Positions 45,746-56,296 of a stretch of 64,000 bases of DNA are shown one piece after another; the stretch's first letter is position 1; every line of letters begins with the position of its first letter. Position numbers and translations under genes: made by a program. Origin of the DNA: Schizochytrium sp. TIO01 (taxonomy: Eukaryota; Protista; Bigyra: Labyrinthulomycetes); assembly GCA_004764695.1 (NCBI GenBank), contig SMSO01000004.1, positions 682,001 to 746,000 on the forward strand. The letters are read 5' to 3'. Under the pieces are notes generated by a model, which had not been told where the DNA came from, did no database searches, and saw only the letters and a program-made list of their open reading frames with translations.

Positions 45746-46080
45746 TATCTTTTTTCCCTCTATTTTTTTTTATTTTTAAAGGAATTAAATTTTTAGTTTG
45801 TTAAGAATAAGATGAAAACCCTAAAAATTATGATTAATTTTAATTAGTTCTTTTCCTTTATTTTGTACTTAGACATGATATATTCTGGCAGGTGGCGTTG
45901 TGTGAGACAGCAAAGCTTCTGCTCCTAGACTTTACAACTCGAAAATAGAGTACCAATAAGGTTAATTCAGTCAGTCAATACATGATAGTAGGAATGATTT
46001 TGGGTCGAGAGGTAAGGCACAAATATTGACAGGATTATCTTAAAATTAATTGTATTGCAGGATTGCGTGTAGATATTCCT

Positions 46081-47590
46081 CTACTTTCGCATGTTTGTAA
46101 GAATCCAAGGATGGTCTTGGATTTGTTGAAGAGTGAGTCTCTCTTCTGGAGACGATCGAAGAAGCTTCGATACAAATTCTCGAGCTTCCTTAGAAACGTA
46201 GTCAGGGTAGTCAACCTCGTTTTGCATGATCTTCGTGTATGTAAGTTGCATACTAGGAGCATCAAAGGGAGGGTTGCCAGTGAGAAATTCGTAGGCAAGC
46301 ACTCCAAGACTCCAAATATCAGCTCTTGCGTCATGAGGTACACCGGCCACCATCTCAGGGGCCAAGTAATCTAGCTGATAGTTATGTATCGAATTATAAC
46401 AGATTTACGCAGTTAGTACACCAATTGTTTTATTTCTAGCATGAACAAGCGGGGGGTTAACTTACGGTACCACAGAGTGTATTGCGACGTGAGCTGGGGG
46501 CATGAACGGACGAACCAAAATCGCTAATGCGAATCTCCCCGTCGGCTCCTAGTAATAGATTTTCTGGCTTCAGGTCTCGGTGAATTACATTCTTTTCGTG
46601 TAAATGCTCAAGAGCCTGAGCTAATTGCACAATATACCTAGCAGTTGTTGGTTCGTCGAACCGACCGCACTCCTTGAGGGATTCGTAAATTTCACCGTTA
46701 GGTGCGTGCTCTAAGATAACATAGATTCGCTTCGCATCGTAAAAGTACCCATGTAGGCGAAGAACATTATTGTGGTGGAGCGTAGCCTGGATCTCAATTT
46801 CACGCCGCAGTTGATATGCTGCATCTTGACGCACGAGTTGTGCCTTATCAAGAACTTTAAGAGCCACAACATAGCGGCTTTGTTTTTCACGGGCCAAGTA
46901 CACATTGCCATATTTTCCACTTCCAAGCTGACGTCCAATTTCAAAGTCGTCCAAAGACCATGTGCTTCCAGGTTTCGCAGGAGCTCTGTGTGCTGTTGAT
47001 GAGCCGCTTGCAGGTGTAAGAACTCCTTTCGACACATGGTCAGCTTGAGGTTTGTAACCTTTAAGAAGCGGAGTCTGCGCTAGCCCAGCATTACGTGAGC
47101 GTTTACGTGCTGCTTCGGCACTTTTCAAGGCACTTCGTGCTTCCTTGTTGAGCATTTTATGATTGGCTTCTGGAGTGCCCATTGGTTGAAAGTGGTATTG
47201 CTCTTTATCATCGTCGTCGTCAAATGCGAGGCTTCCGCGATCTGATGCGCGAAAGAACTCATGAACTTCAAAGGACTCGTCCTGCCCATCTCCATCAAGC
47301 ATCTCCTCATCATTCACATCTCCAAAGACTTCATCGTTTAAGATTTCAGGTTGCCTTTGTCCATGATATTGCTGCTGCTGCTGCTGCTGTTGCTGCTGAG
47401 ACCTCGAAGAAGAGTTCGATTCACGTTTCGCATATAGCGGCGCTGCTGCCAAAGTGGTCGTCGTTGGAGCAGCCGTTTTCCCCGTTACTGCCACATGTGC
47501 ATACCGCCTTTGCGCAGGGTCTTGAGTACTTCTTGCTTTTCTTGCACTTCTTAACGCAACCTCGCGTTTCCTGGCACTAAACTCGTTCAT
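46081..47590 (-). CDS. Aurora kinase, paralog 2; two exons (47590-46466, 46374-46081), 472 aa
   Basis: [42 protein letters not shown]. Splicing restores RRNTLCGT|LDYLAPEM. Confidence 0.93.
46375..46465 (-). other. 91-nt spliceosomal intron in Aurora paralog 2
   Basis: GTAAGT donor, TACTAAC branch site, TATCAG acceptor; a phase-0 join restores the activation segment. Confidence 0.92.
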
Positions 47591-48745
47591 TCTCGCAGAT
47601 CAAGCCCGACTTTCACGCCCAAGATCCTTGCAGAACCACGATTCTGCTACAACTTATTTGCGCTTTGATCTCCATCTTTTCCTACTTGATAAGTTCTCTT
47701 TAAATCATCTCAGTTTCGCTCTGCGCCATATTAGCATTAAGGGATCTCAAAATGGGTTGCGCATTCGAAGCATACGATTTTCCGCTTTTTGTTGCCTCTA
47801 TCCGTCTCAATACAATCGACCTGTTCATTGTAATGTGCAACCATAAGCAGACCAGGTGCTGGGGCCCGTTTCTTTTCGATTGTGCCTCGCTGGGACCCGA
47901 AACCGAGGTTTCTTTGGCTCTTATGGCAGCCGCTTTCCTAAAAGAGGCCGCTCTAGCTTACGAAAGCCTCCCCTGAGACTGTGCTCCACGACGTTAACCT
48001 CGCGCCAAGGTCTCGTGGACGTGCCGCAGCAACTTGGCGGCGGTTTGCTGCGTGAAACCCTCATTTACTGCTTTCTTGTTAGTGACTTTTTGGTTGTTTT
48101 TACTTTTCTTTTTAGTAATATTTCTCTTTCTTTGCAAATCAGCGAATCGATCAACTCGCTCGACTGATTTCCTTCTGCTCCAAGCAGTGCAGCAGTCGCC
48201 TCTCACCGCAACGCCGCTCGAAGAACATCGTACCGAGTGCTAGGTGACCCTCGAGGCGGTGCCCTCATTAAAACGAGCTCCCTGAGAATTGGTGGGCCCC
48301 GCATTTGAAAGTCGTCGGCCAGCGAAGGAAACGAAATAACCGCAGCCACGGTATCGTGAGGTTACTCGACAAGCTCGCCTTCGTCTCCTGCATCGTATTC
48401 TGCCGGGTTTGGTTGCGCTTGGGATTGTTGGAGAACAATATAGTTAGCATAGGGTGTCGAAGTTCTGCTAGTCTAAGGGTCGCAGCTCTCATTTTTTCGA
48501 GTGGAGTTGGTGGGCAACTATTTGGATTACAAGGATCGAATTACGTTACGGTGGAATTTTGTCAAAACCATTGCGATTCTGCTGTCCTTACTGAGTTCTG
48601 ATTCACTTTGACCCCGCGATAATCGAGTTTGGGAAACTTCTTGGCTGACTCGAGAGTGTGGAGCCTCGAGCTAGAAGTCTTATTCCCGATTTTCTCTTTG
48701 TGTTTTTGGCCTTGTTACTTAACTTTAGCGTGGAGGTGATCAAGA

Positions 48746-50294
48746 ATGTCGCAGCGAAGAGATAATTTTCAGAAGGCAGACAGCGTCAATGGAGGCATTT
48801 TACGGTCGCCAATCTATGGTGAAAACGCGATGCACGCAGGAAATAACACTAGCAGATTGCGCGGAATTAGTTGGGAAGACACTAAAGCTGCAGCTCTGCA
48901 ACAACAACAACAACAACAACAACATCCGCATCCGCATCCGCATCAAGTACATCCACCCGCATCAGCAATCACCTCTTCGCAAACCTCTCTATCAGCATCT
49001 AGTACAAACGAACCTCTGCCCGCAAAAACGGCAGTGCCGCAAGTCACCGATGAAATGATCAAGAGGTTTAGCAAGACCAGCATTGGTAGTACAACCAGCA
49101 CCAGCTCCAGCTCTAGCTCTGGAAGCTCTGCTGGAAGCAGCTACAGCGGGTTGACAAGCACAGATGCGCAGGAGTATGAGTGGGGCTACTAGTATAAGCA
49201 GTCATCGTTCGGCTTCTGCTTCATCGTTGCTTGACAACGTCTCCTCAGGAGCTTCACACCGGTCCACTGCAACCCACACTAGCGTGCAACCATCAGCATT
49301 GTTGTCATCAAGTATGAAAGCTACAACAAGCAGCGCTTCATCAACATTGGGAACAACGCCCGGCAGTTCCGTAAAAATTATGGCATCGAAGAGTGAGACC
49401 TCGGGTGAAACAAAGCCACGAAAACCTACAAGCGAGTCCAAAAGGTGGGGCTTGCAAGACTTTGAAGTAGGTCGAAGCCTCGGTAAAGGAAAGTTTGGTA
49501 ATGTATACCTTGCTCGAACAAAGAAAGAAAAGCGAGTCGTGGCACTTAAGGTTCTCTTCAAGGAAGAAATTGAAAAATCTGAGCTCATGCACCAGTTAAA
49601 ACGTGAAATCGAAATCCATCACCGTCTGCGACACAAAAACGTAGTGCGTTTATACTCATATTTTCACGACCGTGATCGCGTTTACCTGATTCTTGAATAT
49701 GTTCAAGGTGGTGAACTTTTCAGTGAGATTAAGAACTCCCCCTCGGGAAGATTTAGTGAAGAACGCGCTTCAGCCGTAATTCGCCAACTGGTTAGCGCTT
49801 TAGCGCAATGCCACCGGTTGGGCGTTGTGCATCGCGACATCAAGCCTGAGAATATCCTTGTGGCGCGTGATGGAACCATTAAACTGGCTGATTTTGGCTG
49901 GTCTGTGGCTGCCTCTCGTGCTGCGGAGGAAATTAAGCGGAAAACTCTATGTGGTACTTTGGATTACCTTGCCCCAGAAATGGTTGCAGAACAAGCGTAT
50001 AGTGAGCGCGCCGACATTTGGATGACAGGAGTCCTTTTGTACGAGATGTTAGTTGGAACTGCTCCCTTTGTTGCGCCTGATGCAATTAGCACATACAGCA
50101 AGGTGGAAATTTGCGAGTACCATTTACCTCCTGACATTTCTCCTGAAGGTCAAGACCTGCTCAAATCAATCCTTGTTAAAGACCCAGAGCAGCGTATATG
50201 GCCAATTCAAAAAATTCTCTACCATCCATGGATCGTCATGCACGCACCTTCTGAAGAAATTCAACGCATTCATCTTCAGGCCGGTCCTGTGTAA
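48746..50294 (+). CDS. Aurora kinase, paralog 3; kinase ORF 49164-50294 with a probable N-terminal extension in overlapping ORF 48746-49192
   Basis: [63 protein letters not shown]. The upstream Ser/Gln-rich ORF overlaps in another frame. Confidence 0.88.
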
Positions 50295-52353
50295 GGACGG
50301 CTGTCAACATGTTTTAATACCGCGGATAGTTCGCTAAGTATCATGCGGACTCTTTCTTTAAGCAATCACCGTACACTTTGTGCCTTCAAAATGAACTATC
50401 CTCTTCTCTTTGCAAGAATGAGGCCATCGGCACGTTCGCATGTATCCGTGCTTCAATGTTACACTCTTGCTTCTGTCGCCTCTGATCACTCAGCACCTGC
50501 CTACCGTTCACTTAGATTTTGCCCCTACTATTTGTTCTGATTACTGTTTCCGCAGTAATGAGGACAAACTCAAAATCCACAATTTACTTACCATATATAA
50601 TGCTCCATTCTAAATACTTCACATACGATTATAATCTCTCAATTACAGAAAACATAAATCCTCAGAACAAACAAACAAACAAAGCATTTATATTTTTTAA
50701 GATAACTCCCCAAGCCCAGCTCTATCATCTCAGTCTTCGTTGGAGTTTCTGCCTGTAAACGAATGTATTCGTGTACCAGCACTATTTTGTGATGTGTAAC
50801 TGATACGTCTCTTGCAAGGTGGATATAGCTAAAATGATAAATTAAAGGATTCTAAAGCCGTTCCTTTCTAATAAACCCATACTTTCAGTACACCTTTTCC
50901 ATCCCACGTTTACATGTCACTGCTGTCCTTGCCGGTAATCTACGTCATCCTGATCTTCATTTAATGCTCCTCAACGCCCGTTTTCCACTTCAGTCCTCCT
51001 AGAACTACTGGTAAATCTCGAATAGAAGAACGCATAATTACCATATAAGCTAAACTGGTATCCCCACTACAGTTTATGTGAACACTTTTGGAACAGCTTA
51101 TGCGAGAGTGGCTTGTACTCTGCTTAAGTCCTTCAAAGCAAGCGGATTTAAGTCCTTAAACTTGTCAACATGTACCAGAAATCAAAATGTATTGTAGTTT
51201 TTCAGGTCCTGCTTACGTCCGCTCAGAAAGAATAGATTGCTTGGAATTGAAGGTCTAGAATTAAAAACTTCTTTATCATTCATTCCTAACTGCCGGGTAC
51301 TATGTCCTTTCTAATATAAACTCTAATCCACGCATCGACCAGAGTTTTTTTTGTCTTCCACGTCTTACAAATTTACAGATTGTAATAGTTCTGTTGTGGT
51401 GTGTAGTTATCAAGAAGCCGGGGGCTGGGGGTCTGCTCACAAATACAAGGCACGCGGGAATGACAAGATGAAAATGAGTAGCTTGTGCATGCATATATAT
51501 CGACAAAGCATGTTTCACAGCTAAATATTCACCTATGCACATATTCACTTACTTGAGGTGCTTTGTTTTGATATCTTAGTACAATCATAGTGAACACCTA
51601 CCTTGTAGGTACTAGTACCTACCTACTATCTTTAAAAAATAAAATAAAATGAAAATAAAGTTTGAAAGAGAGATCGAGGCAAAGCATTCCCAAAGCCCTG
51701 GAGTCCTGCGTTGCAGGTGGCACGTGTCTCTGCAACACGCGGTGCGAGCGCTTCGCCTGCGGAAGGGAGGTACTTGGCGTTAGTTTTTTGCCTGTTCTGT
51801 CTTGGTTCCGGAGTCCTGGCGCCTGAAGGTCGCTCATTGGACCTGCATCGCTACATTGGGCCGTCTACAGGGAGTGGGGACTCCATAAAGGGACGAGGCC
51901 GAAGAAAGGTATTACGAAGTGCGCGAAGAAAACGAAGGATTTGGAGCTGGCGTGGTCTGGTAGATATAGGCTGAGCAAGAATCTTAAGGTGATTCCAGAC
52001 AACCTTTTAGGTTGTTAAGAAAATCTGCTATTAAGACTTCACCAAACGAGTTGGGACCAGAGTTTTTCTAAGTTTTGCCTTTAGATTGAAAATTTTGATA
52101 GTTTGCCTGTTTAGCAAGAGTTTAAGAGCGTCGCTTCGAAGATTAAGGAGCAGCTATTTTGCCAAGTGGTTGTGTATTTCGACGACTAGATCAAAGCGTG
52201 TCTATTATCATAGGTCTGGTGATTAGGTTGGTTCTCGTTAGAGCAGAACAGACTGTACCAGGTGATTGACTTGGTTTATCTGCACTGGTTCATCTCTGTG
52301 ACGCGAGTGCCATACCTCGCCCTACTCAGTTGATACTTTAAGGGCCTACGACA

Positions 52354-54690
52354 ATGGACTTTTCAAGGGGTTCTGCAAGTGCATCGTCTTCAGAGACAAC
52401 GACAAACACGCTGATCGCACAAAAACTCGCTCGCACACCTGGCAAAACAAACATTGGTGTCCTTTGGGCAAGCGATGCAAAGACTCCATCAGCACCAGTA
52501 TCTATGCGGGCGCATAAACCTGCCCTTAAAAAGGGGGGTAAGTCTACTTCTCAGCCACCAGGACCTCCGAGAAATGGAGTACTTCAGCGTGCTCTAAGTT
52601 CCAAAGCTAATCGCGAATCTGGAGCGGAGAAAGCTCCTGCACCCAAACTCGGTGGCGCGAAACGGATTCTACAGGAAACATCAGCATCCACGAATAGAAA
52701 GACTCTGGAATCTCGTCTTCATGGATCTTCCTCAGTTTCTTCTGTGCTTGAACAACAATCCCGGTCACGACACAGCAACGGTAAGCGAACGAGCAGCAAC
52801 GAAAGCTTTGGGAGCATTAAGCAGTATGAAAGTCTTGCATCAAGCACCAACAGCACACATAGTACAACCACTGATTACAATTCCAAATCCTCCATTGCCT
52901 CTTCTCACGATGGACCTGAGACAAACACACCAGAAATGGAGAAATCGTCCAAGAAGCAGTTGCCAAAATCCGTGGGTCAAATCTGGCAAGAAGCTGCATC
53001 AGGCCAGACTGACGAAATTCCAGCCGCAGTTAGCTCATCTGCACGACTTTCAAATACCCTGCCAAACCCGAAACGAAGCTCTCGAGATGAAGATAGCTTG
53101 TATGGAGAAAATACACGCACGAGCTACCTCAGTGCTAGAAGTAGCCATGCGGAATCACGAAGCTCTTCATCAATTGCCATGAATTCTAGCAATAAGTTGT
53201 ATACCCATAATAACAACGACGAAGAAAGGCGCGCCGAGCGTAAAGCTGCGATGATGGCTAGCTTTGTGAAACGAAAAGGCAGTATGATGAGCTCAACCCA
53301 CTCCACTACAATTGTACCCATGCCTACAACGGCACGACCCACCCTTGAAATCAATGCCTCAAACTCTGAAAAATATGGTCCCAAGGATCCATCCCCAACC
53401 TATTCATCCTCCGTGTCGAGTAGGAATAGTTCTGCTACTGCTTTCTCGTCTGCTTCATCGCCGAAAATGTTTCTGCACCATGACATTACAAAAGTGAACG
53501 AGGTTGAGAATGAAGATGCTGATGTTGATGAGGATGAAAATGAAAGTGCTAGCATTCCCGTCACCAAAGGTGTCCCAAAATTCCGTGCTTTTGGTGCCAA
53601 CCTTGAAAACATCAAACGAGACTATGAACCTCACTTTGAACAAACTCAATTCTCTGACGACAAAGGAGATAAAGAAAACAACCAAAACAGTCTTGAAGAA
53701 GATTTTGGAGGAGCAACAGGTGCATCGGCTGGCACAACTCCAGCTGGCTTTAGCTACCCGGACGATGAGGAGCCTCGCATTTGGAACCTCGAAGACTTCG
53801 ATATTGGGCGGAGGCTTGGTAAAGGAAAGTTTGGAAGTGTCTATTTAGCTCGCGAGCGAGCTTCTGGCTATATTGTAGCAATTAAAGTCCTACACAAAAC
53901 TCAACTTGAAAGAGCACACGTTGAACATCAACTCCAGCGTGAGGTTGAAATTCAGTCAACACTTCGCCACAAGCACATTCTTCGGCTTTACACTTTCTTC
54001 CATGATGACAAACGGATCTTCCTTGTCTTACAATTTGCTGCCCGTGGTGAGCTATATCGCGAGCTCAAACGGAAGCGTCGTTTCCCAGAGCCTCGAGCTG
54101 CCACTTACATCCGTGATCTTGCTGATGCGTTAGATTATTGTCACTCCAACCATGTTATCCATCGTGATCTGAAACCTGAGAATCTATTGCTCAGTCATGA
54201 TGGGACTCTGTTGATTTCTGATTTCGGCTGGTCTGTACACAGTAGCCAGCGTCGTGAAACTCTTTGTGGTACCATTGATTACCTTGCCCCTGAGGCAGTC
54301 ATGCGAAAGAAGCATGATTCTCGTGTTGATGTTTGGAGTCTTGGCGTTTTGACATATGAGCTTATTCTTGGCAACCCGCCTTTTGAAGAAGAGACTGAAA
54401 CGCTTACGTATAGCCGTATACAACGAGTGGATCTTCGTTTTCCGAACTATGGGATTTCTGACGACGCTAAGGACTTCATCAAGAGACTCCTTCGTAAGAA
54501 CCCAGAGCACCGAATGAAACTGAAGGACGTGCCTAACCATCCGTGGATTAAAAAGTTTGCACGGAATAGGCGCTCTACAATTACCAAAAATCCACTTGTA
54601 GCTAACTTTCGAGCTGCTGCGGGCCCTGGACAAACCGAAAGTTCATCTTCTTCAACTGCACCGTCTGCACTCACTGCAACAAGTGCTTAG
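52354..54690 (+). CDS. Aurora kinase, paralog 4, with ~475-aa disordered N-terminus
   Basis: [65 protein letters not shown]; KEN box at 53671-53679. Confidence 0.95.
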   Translation: MDFSRGSASASSSETTTNTLIAQKLARTPGKTNIGVLWASDAKTPSAPVSMRAHKPALKKGGKSTSQPPGPPRNGVLQRALSSKANRESGAEKAPAPKLGGAKRILQETSASTNRKTLESRLHGSSSVSSVLEQQSRSRHSNGKRTSSNESFGSIKQYESLASSTNSTHSTTTDYNSKSSIASSHDGPETNTPEMEKSSKKQLPKSVGQIWQEAASGQTDEIPAAVSSSARLSNTLPNPKRSSRDEDSLYGENTRTSYLSARSSHAESRSSSSIAMNSSNKLYTHNNNDEERRAERKAAMMASFVKRKGSMMSSTHSTTIVPMPTTARPTLEINASNSEKYGPKDPSPTYSSSVSSRNSSATAFSSASSPKMFLHHDITKVNEVENEDADVDEDENESASIPVTKGVPKFRAFGANLENIKRDYEPHFEQTQFSDDKGDKENNQNSLEEDFGGATGASAGTTPAGFSYPDDEEPRIWNLEDFDIGRRLGKGKFGSVYLARERASGYIVAIKVLHKTQLERAHVEHQLQREVEIQSTLRHKHILRLYTFFHDDKRIFLVLQFAARGELYRELKRKRRFPEPRAATYIRDLADALDYCHSNHVIHRDLKPENLLLSHDGTLLISDFGWSVHSSQRRETLCGTIDYLAPEAVMRKKHDSRVDVWSLGVLTYELILGNPPFEEETETLTYSRIQRVDLRFPNYGISDDAKDFIKRLLRKNPEHRMKLKDVPNHPWIKKFARNRRSTITKNPLVANFRAAAGPGQTESSSSSTAPSALTATSA

Positions 54691-55171
54691 CCTATGCGTA
54701 CGAATGTGAAAGATAGGGATTCACTATCTTATTATTAAGTTGCATAGTATTTACTGTACAACCGTATTTTTATTATGGCCAAACACCTCCTCACGCGTAA
54801 CGCGCTGATGTGTTTAAATTGATATAATAATCCCTTAGGAAGTCGAGAGCAACTTCTCTTTTCACAGTGTCCATGCTATCTCACTTGAGCTAGTTCTCTG
54901 GTCATTTAGAGAATTTCTGGGATGATTTTGCCTATTTTCTCGACATTAAAGAATTTATAAATAGATTGTAGCCCACTTTTGTTTTGTATTTGGTGTTTCT
55001 TTCGCTTATGGGATAGAAGGCTAGTCTATTAAAAAATTATACGAAACTGAGAAGAGATGGTCTGGCAAGCAAACGGAAAACATCGGATATATCTTCTTTT
55101 TTGTTTTTTTCAAAAAGAGGAAGCTGCACACATAATTGTTTGATTACATTTTAAAGATATTGAAATGAAGT

Positions 55172-56296
55172 TTATCTGTCAGAACGGCCAAATGGCCACC
55201 ACTCTGCTTGAACTTCAGTGTCATACTGATACTGTTGATCCGCCTTGGCATCATAAAACTCCTTCTGTTTTTCTTGAAACAATCGACGCCGAAACGCTTC
55301 AGCGCGAACCTCTTGATCATGGTTACGTTGTTGAGTGACTGCAAAACGTCTCATTTGCTCGATGGAGTCATCAAGCTCCTTCTCTTCGCGATCAGCATCA
55401 GCACGTGCCTGTGCCCTATCGGAGCGCTGCTGAGCTTGGGTAGCGCGAATATTGTCTAGCTCTTGAGGAGTCATACCTTTCCATTCCTGCTTTACTACTC
55501 GATGAGGTTGTGATGAGGTCATTCTGTCCTCACGCATATGACGGCTATCATAGACCGCGTGAAATTGCTGTTGCGCAAGCTCCTCATCCAATTCACGGCG
55601 TACGCGAGCCTGCTCTTTGCGAAGATGGTCCAAGTACTCGTTGGTGCGTTGTACATCCATATTGCGATTTCTGCGAGCTTCGGCGTCTTCATGTGCGAGC
55701 TGTGTTCGGAGCCGCACTTGCTCCTTGAGAATACGCGCGTGAAGTGCTTCCTCTTCAGCTTCGAGTTCACGCATGCGCTGATTCTCAGCTACTTTATCAG
55801 AGATCATTGCATGTTGCTCACGCATCTTCTCCTCGCGCTCAGCACGATCCACAAGTTCTTTATCACCATCAAAGAACTGAGCTGCACTGACACCTACAGT
55901 CCCGATAGATGGAACTGGGTCCTTGCGGAGCTGGGCTGGGTCATACAAATCCGCTTCGGGACGGAGGTGGTTGGTTCGTGATTGCATAGTCCAGTGGTTC
56001 TGCAACTGCCTGCGGTGTTCTCGACGAGCAGCTTCTTCCGCAGCAGCAGCTGCTTGAAGAGCGTTAGAGACATTGATAATGTAGTTGTCCTCCTGATTCT
56101 TGAGGTCTCGATCATCTTGCCTCTTTTGGCACTTCTCAGCCAGCTGCTGGTCAAGACCCTGCACATCGAGACCAATAGCACGGCTCTTAGACATCAAAAA
56201 CCGAGTGCGGCGCTCTTCGCTGGCAGCTTTCTTTGATGCCACACGCAAACGAGCTTGAGTCTCTTCCTTAGACTCGGCGGGCCACGAATAGAACAT
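55172..56296 (-). CDS. RIB43A: RIB43A-like coiled-coil flagellar microtubule inner protein
   Basis: ERRTRFL..RAIGLDVQGLDQQLAEK, EADLYDP, GVSAAQFFDG, WKGMTPQELDNIRATQAQQ, C-terminal FGRSDR; 374 aa. Confidence 0.85.
   Translation of the reverse strand: MFYSWPAESKEETQARLRVASKKAASEERRTRFLMSKSRAIGLDVQGLDQQLAEKCQKRQDDRDLKNQEDNYIINVSNALQAAAAAEEAARREHRRQLQNHWTMQSRTNHLRPEADLYDPAQLRKDPVPSIGTVGVSAAQFFDGDKELVDRAEREEKMREQHAMISDKVAENQRMRELEAEEEALHARILKEQVRLRTQLAHEDAEARRNRNMDVQRTNEYLDHLRKEQARVRRELDEELAQQQFHAVYDSRHMREDRMTSSQPHRVVKQEWKGMTPQELDNIRATQAQQRSDRAQARADADREEKELDDSIEQMRRFAVTQQRNHDQEVRAEAFRRRLFQEKQKEFYDAKADQQYQYDTEVQAEWWPFGRSDR

Noticed and set aside
38840-49192. A shared programmed frameshifting mechanism for the split genes
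   Set aside because: The shifts differ (-1 in subtilisin, 4-bp duplication in the methyltransferase, +1 in Aurora 3) with no common slippery motif; independent indels or assembly errors are simpler.
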